Shown here piece after piece: positions 53,601 to 64,000 of a stretch of 64,000 nt of DNA (the first letter of the stretch is position 1; each line of letters begins with the position of its first letter). Below the pieces are notes generated by a model. The model was not told the DNA's origin. It saw only the letters and a list, made by a program, of their open reading frames with translations, and made no database searches. The stretch is from Eledone cirrhosa. Its lineage: Eukaryota. The stretch covers positions 5,146,001-5,210,000 of the forward strand of contig OZ024750.1 of NCBI GenBank assembly GCA_964016885.1, read 5' to 3'. A program made the translations under genes and the position numbers.

Positions 53601-54910
53601 AAATACTCCTGTATCTAATCATTCCATAAAACAGTCCTGTGATCTTTTTTGTTATTCCAGGCAAGAAATCCAGGAATGTGCCATCTCTTTTTCAGCTGAA
53701 CTTTTTCCAAGAGTCTATTATGAGGTGAGAACATCATTGCTTTTTTTTTTTCTTTTCTGCTAGCAACTTTTATATTACAGAATAGCAATACCATTGCTAG
53801 CAACTCTTGTATTCAACACTATTGCTAGCAACTCTTCTCCATTACTTGCAATTCTGAGTTTCTATATTTTCCTCCATCTTCTATTTTATAACAGTTATCA
53901 GATGAAAGATCGTTACTGGAGCGTTGGTGTGCCGTATTGACATTGTGCAGTGCTACAGAACAAAGTGCAAGTCTGCAGATAGCTTGCACCCAGTTCCTGC
54001 ACAAAAATGCAATTTTACTTTTGAGGGACCCTGAAAAAGTATTAGGTAAGCTTATCTCATGTCCTTACAAGCAAATAACTTTTTGATTTGCCCAACAGGA
54101 AGTGGATTGCCATATATTTTACTGTTTTATTTTAAAAATGGATTGAAGGAAAATAATATCAGCAATGAAAAGACCAATGGAAACATTGTTTCCTTGATTT
54201 GATCTGATGATCAGCTCCTTCCTTTAGCCAGGAGTTATACCTGACATATAATATCAGCAATGGAAACATAGTTTTCTTGATCTGATCTGATGATCTGTTC
54301 TTTTTCTATCTGACATGCAGGTGAACTGAAATATATATTTTGGGGGATGTTGGTGAATCTGCTGCAAGAAGATGATATGCAAGTAAAAGATTGTTCAGTT
54401 ACAGTCTTAGACAAACTAAATCCATCAAATGTCGGTAAGTCTATTTAACCCCCTTTTTTACCATATTTCTAATGAAACACATCGTCAATGTGTCTCAATA
54501 TATTTTGAAAATAATTGTTTCTACTTTTGGCACAGGCCAGCAATTACCCAGTACATTACTGGTACTTTATTTTATCGACCCCGTAAGGATGAAAGGCAAA
54601 GTTAACCTCGGCGGGATTTGAACTCAGACCGTAAAGGGACGTAACTATGCTGGAAAGCATGGCGTCCGACTCTCTACTGATACTGCCAATCCACCGCCAA
54701 TATATTTTGAAAATAATGAAGAATTTCTTTATTAATCCTTTAAGTTAAGGACCGAAACATTTGTGTGAGGAGGGGTTTCTTCTCTGAAGACCTTAAAACT
54801 GTTTCATTCGAAAGAAATCGTCAAAGCTTTCTTGATGATTTCTTTCAAATGAAGCAGGTCTAGTCCTGTAGAAGCCATTTCTATATTAAAAAAAATGATA
54901 TATATGTATA

Positions 54911-54964
<54 letters not shown>

Positions 54965-56120
54965 CATATACACAGTTTTAATTTTGTGGTATTTTAATGC
55001 TATGTTTTGCTTTTGTTGTCTTAGTTTCTGAACATCCAGCTTTATCAATTGCCAGCCTTTTGAAAGAATTACTTCTACAGCAAGACAACAGTGTTGATAT
55101 CTCAGCCATACTTACTGCGATATCTTGGATACGGAATATTACCCAGTCAAATAATGTAAGTCACTTATCAATTAGTCAACTAGTATATTTTACTACATAC
55201 ACCTATAGTGGCTATAGGAGCCACTACATGGTCACTTGACATGCTAGATATAGTAGTAATGTAAGTCACTTATCAAATAGTCTACTAGTACACTTTACTA
55301 GATACTTGACATGTTAGATGTAGTAGTTAAAAGAGAGGTGAGAGAATTCTGGCCGGATACAGCCGTTTAAATGCTAAAGGGTTAAACCATGGAATTTCCA
55401 CCTGGGTCAGCTAGTTATAAATTAAAGTCTTTATTCCACCACTCCAAATCTTCTCAATGATCTGTTCATTAGTAAAGATACTACAAACATTTGAATTAAC
55501 AAACCTGTTTTTAGATATTTCCTGGTAAATTATTTCAAGCTATTATTGTTTATATTTGACAGGACACAGAAGAAAGGCTCTTTGACCGTGGAGAGATGAA
55601 CACATATCGAGATGAAATGAGCTTTGTAGAGACAGTAGCTGCGTATCTAGATTGTGTATTGTCCAGTGACTCCCTCACCTCTAATTGTCAGCTACTTTCT
55701 CCCGAGAGTCAACTTAGAAATACCAGCAACTACAGCCCACCATTACCAAAGTTGCCATGCATAAAACCAGAAGACATAAACGAATCCTCCATTGACCGTA
55801 TCAAAGAAGAATTCAGCTTGACCTCAAAATTACTAATTAACCGACTTTCCCAAATAAAATGTCAGACTACAACTGGCCCACTTTTTGATATCGTCTCTCA
55901 TCAGACAGATTGTTTAGATACCTACAAACTATTACTGGCATTGTTTTATCTTCAGAAAATGTTACTACCCAAAGATTGCCAGCAATTCTTTGAAGAATGT
56001 AATACCATTTCTAAACAACTGAATGCTATATTTGATTCATCTGTAAATATCCGAGATACTCTGCAGTCTAAATGTCACACATTAGCAACACAAATATTCC
56101 AATTTTACACAAACACATGA
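29310..56120 (+). CDS. THADA: THADA / Trm732 homologue (armadillo-like repeat protein, DUF2428), 39 or more coding exons, about 1980 aa
   Basis: Hand-spliced GT-AG exons total 5945 nt and stay in phase to TGA at 56118-56120. Diagnostic motifs: [67 protein letters not shown]. The start exon is not resolved. Confidence 0.95.
29525..29649 (+). CDS. THADA: THADA exon
   Basis: AG/GT boundaries; IIGLIK...[16 protein letters not shown]. Confidence 0.8.
29700..29885 (-). mobile_element. Intronic tRNA-derived SINE (short subtype)
   Basis: Same body as the copies at 20127-20311 and 54510-54700. Confidence 0.8.
30364..30530 (+). CDS. THADA: THADA exon
   Basis: AG/GT; [11 protein letters not shown]...LLENFTLG. 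Confidence 0.8.
31153..31185 (+). CDS. THADA: THADA micro-exon (33 nt)
   Basis: Poly-T-cag acceptor, gtaagt donor, in phase; [10 protein letters not shown]. Confidence 0.75.
32349..32397 (+). CDS. THADA: THADA exon (49 nt)
   Basis: AG/GT, in phase; [16 protein letters not shown]. Confidence 0.75.
33010..33197 (+). CDS. THADA: THADA exon
   Basis: AG/GT; [17 protein letters not shown]...ALIIIQE. Confidence 0.8.
33522..33610 (+). CDS. THADA: THADA exon
   Basis: AG/GT; [18 protein letters not shown]. Confidence 0.8.
34069..34260 (+). mobile_element. Second interspersed SINE-like family (GGAAGGGCATCCAGCTGTAGAAA core)
   Basis: Near-identical inverted copy at about 44915-45117; related fragments at about 31800, 40805, 42050, 42640 and 48920. 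Confidence 0.65.
34446..34702 (+). CDS. THADA: THADA exon
   Basis: AG/GT; LSSLFDPKH...[11 protein letters not shown]. Confidence 0.8.
35044..35109 (+). CDS. THADA: THADA exon
   Basis: AG/GT; [21 protein letters not shown]. Confidence 0.8.
35645..35762 (+). CDS. THADA: THADA exon
   Basis: AG/GT; ...[14 protein letters not shown]. Confidence 0.85.
35805..36050. repeat. ~29-bp intronic minisatellite (CCATAACACCTTCCATCACTGTCTCTCTT)
   Basis: About 8 tandem units. Confidence 0.9.
36259..36331 (+). CDS. THADA: THADA exon
   Basis: AG/GT; [14 protein letters not shown]. Confidence 0.85.
36725..36921 (+). CDS. THADA: THADA exon
   Basis: AG/GT; [17 protein letters not shown]. Confidence 0.9.
37072..37299 (+). 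CDS. THADA: THADA exon
   Basis: AG/GT; ASELYEKLL...WIQPVVHLL...HITE. Confidence 0.85.
37815..37902 (+). CDS. THADA: THADA exon
   Basis: AG/GT; YVLPKLLK. Confidence 0.85.
38108..38286 (+). CDS. THADA: THADA exon
   Basis: AG/GT; [11 protein letters not shown]...ALNHINNQ. Confidence 0.85.
38441..38596 (+). CDS. THADA: THADA exon
   Basis: AG/GT; [11 protein letters not shown]...NNQVPAFRQ. Confidence 0.9.
39301..39414 (+). CDS. THADA: THADA exon
   Basis: AG/GT; [12 protein letters not shown]. Confidence 0.85.
39874..40003 (+). CDS. THADA: THADA exon
   Basis: AG/GT; [18 protein letters not shown]. Confidence 0.85.
40389..40537 (+). CDS. THADA: THADA exon
   Basis: AG/GT; [17 protein letters not shown]. 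Confidence 0.85.
41307..41677 (+). CDS. THADA: THADA exon
   Basis: AG/GT; [13 protein letters not shown]...[14 protein letters not shown]. Confidence 0.9.
42357..42496 (+). CDS. THADA: THADA exon
   Basis: AG/GT; [15 protein letters not shown]. Confidence 0.9.
43464..43699 (+). CDS. THADA: THADA exon
   Basis: AG/GT; [17 protein letters not shown]. Confidence 0.9.
44179..44288 (+). CDS. THADA: THADA exon
   Basis: AG/GT; [27 protein letters not shown]. Confidence 0.95.
44776..44908 (+). CDS. THADA: THADA exon
   Basis: AG/GT; LPCQWL...[14 protein letters not shown]. Confidence 0.95.
45460..45760. repeat. 32-bp intronic minisatellite ending at a splice acceptor
   Basis: AACTGTTAAACTATTTCTCTCTTAATCCGGTT units at 45517, 45549, 45581 and onward. 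Confidence 0.9.
45761..45880 (+). CDS. THADA: THADA exon
   Basis: AG/GT; AIVSTEP...MVKLLQLA. Confidence 0.9.
45983..46105 (+). CDS. THADA: THADA exon
   Basis: AG/GT; [18 protein letters not shown]...[11 protein letters not shown]. Confidence 0.95.
46200..47330. repeat. CA-rich 24-bp minisatellite
   Basis: ACACACACTACAACACAACACCTT units; explains the Cys/Val-repeat ORFs. Confidence 0.95.
47710..47807 (+). CDS. THADA: THADA exon
   Basis: AG/GT; [19 protein letters not shown]. Confidence 0.9.
47946..48032 (+). CDS. THADA: THADA exon
   Basis: AG/GT; [20 protein letters not shown]. Confidence 0.9.
48619..48753 (+). CDS. THADA: THADA exon
   Basis: AG/GT; [16 protein letters not shown]. Confidence 0.9.
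49485..49653 (+). CDS. THADA: THADA exon
   Basis: AG/GT; [14 protein letters not shown]...[10 protein letters not shown]. Confidence 0.9.
49990..50560. repeat. 72-bp intronic minisatellite
   Basis: 24-aa periodicity in all overlapping ORFs. Confidence 0.95.
50633..50739 (+). CDS. THADA: THADA exon
   Basis: AG/GT; IQQLVLLL...KRLWILS. Confidence 0.8.
51287..51770 (+). CDS. THADA: THADA exon
   Basis: AG/GT; [11 protein letters not shown]...EDHPQCLAE. Confidence 0.85.
52454..52525 (+). CDS. THADA: THADA exon
   Basis: AG/GT, in phase; [24 protein letters not shown]. Confidence 0.75.
53057..53097 (+). CDS. THADA: THADA micro-exon (41 nt)
   Basis: AG/GT, needed to keep phase; [14 protein letters not shown]. 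Confidence 0.75.
53190..53425 (-). mobile_element. tRNA-derived SINE with a CORE-like domain
   Basis: Minus strand: tRNA-like head, then TCCTTGAGAAAAACACTT...CAGCTGAAAATGAGTACC...GGGATAAGCACCGGCC. Related copies at about 45120, 50880 and 57060. Confidence 0.55.
53661..53724 (+). CDS. THADA: THADA exon
   Basis: AG/GT; [21 protein letters not shown]. Confidence 0.8.
53895..54045 (+). CDS. THADA: THADA exon
   Basis: AG/GT; [13 protein letters not shown]. Confidence 0.8.
54321..54434 (+). CDS. THADA: THADA exon
   Basis: AG/GT; [17 protein letters not shown]. Confidence 0.85.
54510..54700 (-). mobile_element. Intronic tRNA-derived SINE with apparent target-site duplication
   Basis: Full body; CAATATATTTTGAAAATAAT is repeated on both sides (about 54496 and 54698). 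Confidence 0.8.
55025..55155 (+). CDS. THADA: THADA exon
   Basis: AG/GT; [12 protein letters not shown]. Confidence 0.8.
55563..56120 (+). CDS. THADA: THADA terminal coding exon
   Basis: Acceptor AG at 55561-55562; [18 protein letters not shown]... through to TGA. Confidence 0.85.
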   Translation, partial: DTEERLFDRGEMNTYRDEMSFVETVAAYLDCVLSSDSLTSNCQLLSPESQLRNTSNYSPPLPKLPCIKPEDINESSIDRIKEEFSLTSKLLINRLSQIKCQTTTGPLFDIVSHQTDCLDTYKLLLALFYLQKMLLPKDCQQFFEECNTISKQLNAIFDSSVNIRDTLQSKCHTLATQIFQFYTNT

Positions 56121-56229
56121 ATGATGCTGATAGATTCTCTCATGTAACTCTGTTTTTCAGTTTATCTCTGTCAATAAGTTTTCTTCTATAATCTGCTGAT
56201 GTCTTCTTGTTTCTCGTTTCTGCACTATT

Positions 56230-56540
56230 GTCTTGCTGGCTACAATGTATTGCACTAAAGTGTCGATGGCTACGATGTATTACACATGTATTGTTGCTAC
56301 AATGTATTACATTAAGGTGTTGCTGGCTACGATGTATTACATTATGGTGTTGCTGGCTACGATGTATTGCATTAAGGTGTTGCTGGCTATGATGTATTAC
56401 ATTAACGTATTGCTGACTACGATGTATTACATTATGGTGTTGCTGGCTATGATGTATTACATTGTGTTGCTGGCTACGATGTATTACATTAACATGTTGC
56501 TGGCTACGATGTATTACATTATGGTTGTTGCTGGCTATGA
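56230..56540. repeat. 30-bp minisatellite in the predicted THADA 3' UTR
   Basis: GTGTTGCTGGCTACGATGTATTACATTAAG-like units between the stop (56120) and AATAAA (56592). Confidence 0.9.
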
Positions 56541-56591
56541 TCTATTTCCTTTCACAAACATTTCTCTGTCAGTGTGATATCAGTGTCAACC

Positions 56592-56597
56592 AATAAA
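56592..56597 (+). terminator. Candidate THADA polyadenylation signal
   Basis: First AATAAA I found after the stop codon; followed by T-rich sequence. Confidence 0.55.
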
Positions 56598-57736
56598 AGA
56601 AATATAAACTATTGTTTTAATGTTTTCCTAAACAATCTAGCTTTTGTTTTACAACTAAATTAAACTCATTAAATATATACTTATATATATAATATAATAT
56701 ATATATCATCGAAAGAATGAAAGTGAATTCACTTCAGTATGATTTGAACTCTGTTTGCAGATCAAAGAATTCTGACATTTTAACAACTCTGTCATTTCAC
56801 AGTTTTACTGATATATAATACATCATTGATTGAAATTTTGTCAGGAATAATTTAAAGTATTTAAATATTGACTTTTGAAGATATTTGTATATGTGTTGGG
56901 CAAATGAGGGTTCCATTTCATTTGATCAACAGCCTGCATGTAAAATTGTGTACACATGTGCAACTGATCACGAGATTCAATGTGACACAATTTGTAATAT
57001 GGTTGGCTCCTTGAATTACAGGTATAACTCCTATTTTATGAACTGAATTAACTACAGTAATGTGAAATAAAGTTTCTTGCTCAAGGACACAATGCACTAC
57101 TAGGGTTCAAACTCACAACCTTATCCTTTTAGCATTGAAACTGGCCAGAATTCTCTCACCTTTCTGTTCAAATCGAACATAACTAGCCACTCATACTGAT
57201 GTTAAGGTATTGTTATCAAAATCTCATAGATTCAATCTTATGTGAGATAAAGCCATTACTGTGATAATACAATAGTATATATATATAATGTAAATGCTAA
57301 AGGGTTAAGGTTGTGAGCAAAACACTAAGCACTAAACCATGGACCGTCACAATATCATGTTTAGACCTCCCCACACCTGAGTATAGCAGATTTCTTCCAG
57401 AGAAATATAGAAGAATCCACCCCAGTACTAGGCTGGAACTTTTTTTATCGACCTTGAATGGATGAAAGGCAAAGTTGAACAGAGAATCAGAGCCAACACA
57501 GCAAAGCATTCTGTCCAATGTCCTAACAACTTGGCCAACTCACTGCCATTACAGCATTATATACCATCATATTAACACAGACAGTGTATTACTATCCTAT
57601 TCATTTGCTATTTTCTAAAATAAACTATTCAGTGAGATAATCTTGGTCTATAAAGAGAAAGATGTGTTGTGTAGTGTCTTGCAGAAGGACACAAAAGACC
57701 ACCACTGACAATCAGGCTCACAACTGATCACGAGTC

Positions 57737-58390
57737 ATGTATATGACGAGGCACGTCTCTAAAATTGTCAAGAAGGCCGAGGGTGTCTTAGCATCACTCA
57801 GCAAGACCTTTGTCAGCCGCTCTCCAGATATCTATTTAAGGCTGTATACAGCTATGGTGCGACTACACTTAGAATTTGCATCACCAGTCTGGAACCCCTA
57901 TCTTGCTCAGGACATCTCCGTTCAGAGATGTGCAACCAAGCGAATACCCTCCATCAGGCATCTACCATACTCTGAGCGCCTTGCTTCCCTGGGCATGGAT
58001 TCATTGAAGCTCCGACGCCTGGCAACTGACTTGGTAAACACCCACAAAATTGTTAACCATGTTGCCAACAACAACCCTGAGTACCTTTTTGATTTCCATG
58101 TGTCTAACACACGTGGACATGCCCACAAAGTAAGAAAACAGCACAGTTCCCATGACTTTCGGAAACATTTTTTCACGCTCAGAGTTGCTGAAGCATGGAA
58201 CATCTACCTGCATCAGTTGTTAGCTGTCGAGACACTGCATCCTTTAAAGCCTCCATGCTTCCCGAGATCCGCCAACACTACAGCTAACACATACACACAT
58301 GTACTTCCCCGACATTTGTGTATTATTCTATGTACTATATTGACGAGTTGTGGTGCACCTGAGCACTTTACACAATAATTTCATTATTAT
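57737..58390 (+). mobile_element. 5'-truncated CR1-clade LINE (RT C-terminal region and 3' UTR)
   Basis: LYTAMVRLHLEFASPVWNPY..VQRCATK..LPYSERLASLG..SLKLRR..NTRGH..RKHFFTLRVAEAWN; ends in a short ATT-type tail. Confidence 0.9.
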
Positions 58391-58894
58391 ATATCATGCA
58401 TATGTCATCTGCATTAATTTGAAAAACAGCTTGAAAGAAGGTTAATAACCTATAAAACATTTCTATTGACAGAACATCTGTTAATTTATAACATTTTATT
58501 TCAATCAATAACTATCACATTTACTTGTAACACTCTTTCGACAGTGCATCTTTTACTGGTTTCAGTCATTAGACTGTGGCACTACTTATTTACTGGTTTC
58601 AGCCATAAGACCACGGCCATGCTGTGGCACTGCTCTTTTACTGGTTTCAGTTATTAGACTGTGGCCATGCTGGGGCACTACTCGTTTACTGGTTTCAGTA
58701 AACATACACAGCATACATCTTACTTTTGCTCCATCGACTATACAAACTCACCTAACTTCTCTTTCATCATGCTGTCATTGAGCGTGACAGCTTTAAAGTT
58801 TTGAAACTTGCAGGAAGAGAGATGGTTGTGTGTGTTTTCCTCTTCACATCTATGGATATTGCTACACACACACACATACACATATATATATATC

Positions 58895-59060
58895 AGATTG
58901 GAGGAGGTAAAAACCAGTTAGACCATAACCCTCCAGAGTACTCGATACTTGGGGTAGTAGAGTGGGTAATATGAAAAAAAATTCAGGACCCCGACGGCTG
59001 AGCTCTGGCCGTTTCAAGTTCAGATCTAGTTGTCTGGCCGGAGCCCTGAATTGTTTCATG
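58895..59060. mobile_element. Diverged third member of the 5936/15768 element, without the mirrored arm
   Basis: GACCATAAC..AGTACTCGATACTTGGGGTAGTAGAGTGGGTAAT..GGACCCCGACGGCTGAGCTC..GCCGTTTC after a TA tract. Confidence 0.65.
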
Positions 59061-59994
59061 TATAGAGAGAGAGAATAGAATAGGGTTACATTCAGAGGCT
59101 CAAGTGTTGTGCTGTCACTTAACACCCATGATATTGGAACAAGCTCTGGGATTCGTCCAACCTGTGTAAAGAAGACAAAATAAACTATAACTCACAAATG
59201 AACAAAGAAAACCAAATTAAAAGAAATTTTCAAAACATTTTATTAAAAATCGTTTGTATCTTCATTCAGTTTCAATTTGCTCGTAAATTTGAAGAATATC
59301 TTAATTAGATACCTTCAATAATGCCACAGCTTTTCATAATACCAGTTCTAGTTGTCTTTGCTACAGACACGATGCAGCAATTATCATCATCAGAGATTTG
59401 TAAATAAAGATACAGTTATAAATTTGGTAAATAAAGATACAACAAGGCACTGCCAAAGACAGAATTCCACAAAAAGCAGATAAGGAATTACACATGGCTC
59501 AAAAAAAAAAAAAAATATTTTATATATGTATATATATATATTCATTCATGTATATATATATATTCATGTATATATATATATATATACATATACACAGTAA
59601 ATTTGTTTTAAAGTCAGAAAGCTACAAAAATAAAAATAAATTTTTTAGGAATTGTTAAAAAGAAAAGAAAAAGGTAATTTCAAAAATGTGTATCAATAAT
59701 TAATATAAACCTAATGCATTTCTTTGTCTTTTAGTCAATTCTGTGAGACTTGAGAGTATATAACCAAATGGTTGTTAATAATAATTAACAAAAACTAATA
59801 AATAAAGGGAAAAAATAAACTTAAAAGCCCATTGTTACCGAAGTATGGTGCATAAGTTTTCAGAAAATTTCATACTGAATATGAAATGGGATAAAATAAG
59901 TATTGGCTTGAGAGGTGACAAAGTTTTAAAATAGGAGTAACAAAAGCAAGATGACAGGAAACAGATTGCAATTTGAAAACAATTAAATCAAACA

Positions 59995-60420
59995 TAATTA
60001 GTGTATACACATGTGTGTGTATGTCAGTATGTGTAAATATACACGTGTGTATGGCTATAAATACACATCTGTGTGTATGTCTGAGTGTAAATATACACAT
60101 ATCTGTGTATGTCAGTATGGGTATAAATATACTCATATCTGTGTATGTCTGTATGAGTGTAAATATACACATATCTGCATATGTCTATATGTGTAAATAT
60201 ACACATATCTGTATGTCTATGTGTAAATATACACATATCCGTGTATGTCTGTATGAGTGTAAATATACACACATCTGTAGAAGTCTATATGAGTATAAAT
60301 ATACACATAACTGTATGTTTGTATGGGTATAAATATACATATGTCTGTATGCGTGTAAATTTACACATGCACAGAGCAAATGAGTAGATGTGTATATGAG
60401 GAAATTTACACATGCACAGC
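59995..60420. repeat. Degenerate TG/TA-rich minisatellite
   Basis: GTAAATATACACATATCTGTGTATGTCTGTATGAGT-like units. Confidence 0.85.
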
Positions 60421-60748
60421 AAATGAGTAGATGTGTATATGAGGAAATTTACACATGCACAGCAAATGTGTATATGAGGATGGTAGAATGTTGTTTTTAG
60501 TTTTTTTTTAATTTAATTATTTAACATACCAAGTGAATGATTGAAATGTAACAGTGATACTAGTAACTCCCACAAGGTATTGCTAACATCCACAAAATGT
60601 TACTAACTTCTATATGAGGTGTTACTAACTCCCCCACAAGAGGTGTTAGTAATTAATGGTTCTTAGCTCACTGACATGAAGCACAGATACAGAAATACAG
60701 TGTTTGTCTAAAGGAGTCACAGATTCAGTAGAATCTAACAGCAGTTAC

Positions 60749-61963
60749 CTTAGCCTTGCTTTCATATAGAAATATATATTAGACATAAGTCACATCTTAG
60801 CCTTGCTTTCATACAGAAATATATATCAGACATAAAAGTCACATCTTAGCCTTGCTTTTATACAGAAATATATATCAGACATAAAAGTCACATCTTAGCC
60901 TTGCTTTCATACAGAAATATATATCAGACATAAAAGTCACATCTTAGCCTTGCTTTTATACAGAAATATATATCAGACATAAAAGTCACATCTTAGCCTT
61001 GCTTTTATACAGAAATATATTTATGAGACATAAAAGTCACATCTTAGCCTTGCTTTCATACAGAAATATATATCAGACATAAAAGTCACATCTTAGCCTT
61101 GCTTTCATACAGAAATATATATCAGACATAAAAGTCACATCTTAGCCTTGCTTTCATACAGAAATATATATCAGACATAAAAGTCACATCTTAGCCTTGC
61201 TTTTATACAGAAATATATATCAGACATAAAAGTCACATCTTAGCCTTGCTTTCATACAGAAATATATATCAGACATAAAAGTCACATCTTAGCCTTGCTT
61301 TCATACAGAAATATATATCAGACAAAAGTCACATCTTAGCCTTGCTTTCATACAGAAATATATATCAGACATAAAAGTCACATCTTAGCCTTGCTTTTAT
61401 ACAGAAATATATATCAGACATAAAAGTCACATCTTAGCCTTGCTTTCATACAGAAATATATATCAGACATAAAAGTCACATCTTAGCCTTGCTTTCATAC
61501 AGAAATATATTTATGAGACATAAAAGTCACATCTTAGCCTTGCTTTCATACAGAAATATATATCAGACATAAAAGTCATATCTTAGCCTTGCTTTCATAC
61601 AGAAATATATATCAGACATAAAAGTCACATCTTAGCCTTGCTTTCATACAGAAATATATATCAGACATAAAAGTCATATCTTAGCCTTGCTTTCATACAG
61701 AAATATATATCAGACATAAAAGTCATATCTTAGCCTTGCTTTCATACAGAAATATATATCAGACATAAAAGTCACATCTTAGTCTTGCTTTCATACAGAA
61801 ATATATATCAGACATAAAAGTCATATCTTAGCCTTGCTTTCATACAGAAATATATATCAGACATAAAAGTCACATCTTAGCCTTGCTTTCATACAGAAAT
61901 ATATATCAGACATAAAAGTCACATCTTAGCCTTGCTTTCATACAGAAAATATTTATGAGACAT
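60749..61963. repeat. 49-bp satellite array, about 25 units
   Basis: CTTAGCCTTGCTTTCATACAGAAATATATATCAGACATAAAAGTCACAT repeated head to tail. Confidence 0.95.
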
Positions 61964-63883
61964 AATCAGTTAAGTGACATCTCAATTGGGATCTGCAACT
62001 ACAATTAGTTTTCTAGTGTCACTACTGCACTAGATTCCCTAAAAACACCGGATGAAGAGTTTTTTTGCCTAATAACTCTATTCAGACATATGATGTGAAT
62101 AGAATTATTAAAACATCCCCAGTATTTCACTGGGATTTTATTTTATCAACCTCTCAATATTTGCCTGAAACTTTATTATCACCAGTACTTGACTGATATC
62201 AACCTCTCAAAGATGAAAGGCAAAGTTGTCCTCAATGTGATTTACACTTAGATCACAAAGGATTGTAAATAATACCACAAGGTACCTAGGACTAATAATG
62301 ATTCTGCCAATCCACTACCAATAATATTGTTCCCAATTTAGGTGCAAGGAGAGCAATATTTTGAGGTGGTGATAAGTTGATTACATCAAACCTTTATTTG
62401 ACTGCGACTGTATTTTATCATCCAAAGAAAGATGAAGAACAAATTTGACCTTAGTGGGAGTTGAATTCAGAATGTAAAGGGCCATAACTTAGTTGCACAA
62501 GCTATTATGTTCAACACTAACAATAAAATCAATAAAAAAAGCAAAGCAAATAATATAATGAACATATAATTTTATATATTAATCAATTTAGTTTACCTTT
62601 GTTGAGCTAAAGGCAGCAGGTAAAAGGTGATGCTATATATACCTGTTGGTGAAGTATGCCGAGAGATGAAACAAAGTGAACATATTGAGCTAACAGATAT
62701 AATTTCAGAACTAGATGAGAATATATTTTCATGGTTCAGGTAATCATGATAAACAAAAAATACAGTAGAAAACCATATAATTTTTTACTGTTGAATAATA
62801 TTTTCGTTTTCTATTTCAACCATTTCCATACCAAACTGTCTGAAACTACCCCTAGTTCTATGATACAAAGCTGTTGGTTTTAAAACATTTATATTTATCT
62901 AAAAACTGTCCATCATAATTTTATGTAAGAACCTTTGTTATGTTATATTTTAAATGACAGATTAACAATGAGAAATAGTTATATTATTAAATCCCTTAAA
63001 ATTGTTATTTTCAAAATTAATTTTAAAATCATAGGCAGTTTTTTGGGGGTTTTTTTTTAAATATGGTAATGGAATGATTAAACTTTAGCTTCAATTAATG
63101 GTAAACAAATTCATTATTTGGGGAAAAGAATATTAGAAAATAATTATTCAGTCATAATATTTCTCAACAGCAGGAATCACTTGAATTAAAAGAATACCAC
63201 GAATTTATAATCATGTAAAACGATGAGATAACAAGCCATGCTATGTCTATGATCATCTTTATGCAGTTTCAATTGTTACTGAGGAACCAAGAATCAGCAG
63301 TAGAGATCAGCTCTGACAATCTTTCAACAGAACAAAAAAAAATATGGAAATTCAAATGTTAGTTTGTCACTAGAATTTGTCAAATTACTATTGAGATTTG
63401 AAAACTTTGACCCTTTTGATAACAAACTAACCTGAAACTATCCCTGGTTCTATGATACTGAACTGTTTATATTTATCTAAAACACTTTCATCATAATTCT
63501 ATGTAAGAACCTTTGTTAAGTTGTGCTCCAAACACCAATTTAATAATGAGAAAATTTATATTACTAAATGCCTTCAAATACTTGATTTTTAAAATAAACA
63601 ATAAAAATTATAAGTAATATCTTTCATTAGAAATATAGTAACAAATGGGTTAAATTGTTTATATTTATCTAAAAACGTATCATAATTTTATGTATGAAAT
63701 TTTGCTACATCATGTTCCAAATACAAACTTCTTAACAAGAAAATTAATTATATTACTAAATCCCTTCAAATTCTCGATGCTAAGACATGAGATGTAAATA
63801 TATAATATTGATTTCCCTGGGCCACTCAGAAAATAAATGTTTTCAATAAATCAAATATGTTAATTTCATTATTGTGACACCTG

Positions 63884-63919
<36 letters not shown>

Positions 63920-64000
63920 CCTTTCTGAATGTGGGTGTGTGAATATATACATATACATAAATATATACACACACACATCCACATACATATGTATACAAGT

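Noticed and set aside
54745-54796. Permuted (type II-like) hammerhead: TTAAGG-ACC-GAAAC...CTGAAGA-CCTTAA
   Set aside because: The cleavage triplet would be GUG, and stem II is offset by 3 nt without the required purine-pyrimidine closing pair.
59235-64000. Long 3' UTR of a convergent minus-strand gene
   Set aside because: Only a minus-strand AATAAA near 59240 and base skew hint at it; I found no coding exon in the window.

Overview
AT-rich eukaryotic genomic DNA packed with microsatellites and SINEs. The repeat content resembles an octopus or other coleoid cephalopod genome (inference; no search was run). The main protein-coding feature is a spliced THADA/Trm732 orthologue on the + strand. 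I reconstructed 39 coding exons by hand, from 29310 to the stop at 56120; all are GT-AG and phase-consistent, giving about 1980 codons, but the initiating exon is unresolved. Upstream sits a divergently oriented pair of intact, intronless OTU-family cysteine protease genes (13293-14000 on -, 21788-22426 on +). They align without gaps at about 54% identity over 155 aa, keep the full catalytic motifs, and share a C-terminal PPP-x3-G-x-FL-x-FF tail. The OTU pair lies among decayed mobile DNA: a non-autonomous Helitron-like element, a Penelope-like GIY-YIG endonuclease remnant, three CRE-clade retrotransposon remnants, RTE and CR1 LINE fragments, and tRNA-derived SINEs. There is also a canonical minimal hammerhead ribozyme at 6492-6529 and a set of (TA)n-embedded fold-back elements. 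In one such family the hairpin arms co-vary within each copy and contain the 3' half of a hammerhead motif. Most short ORFs in the supplied track come from repeats.
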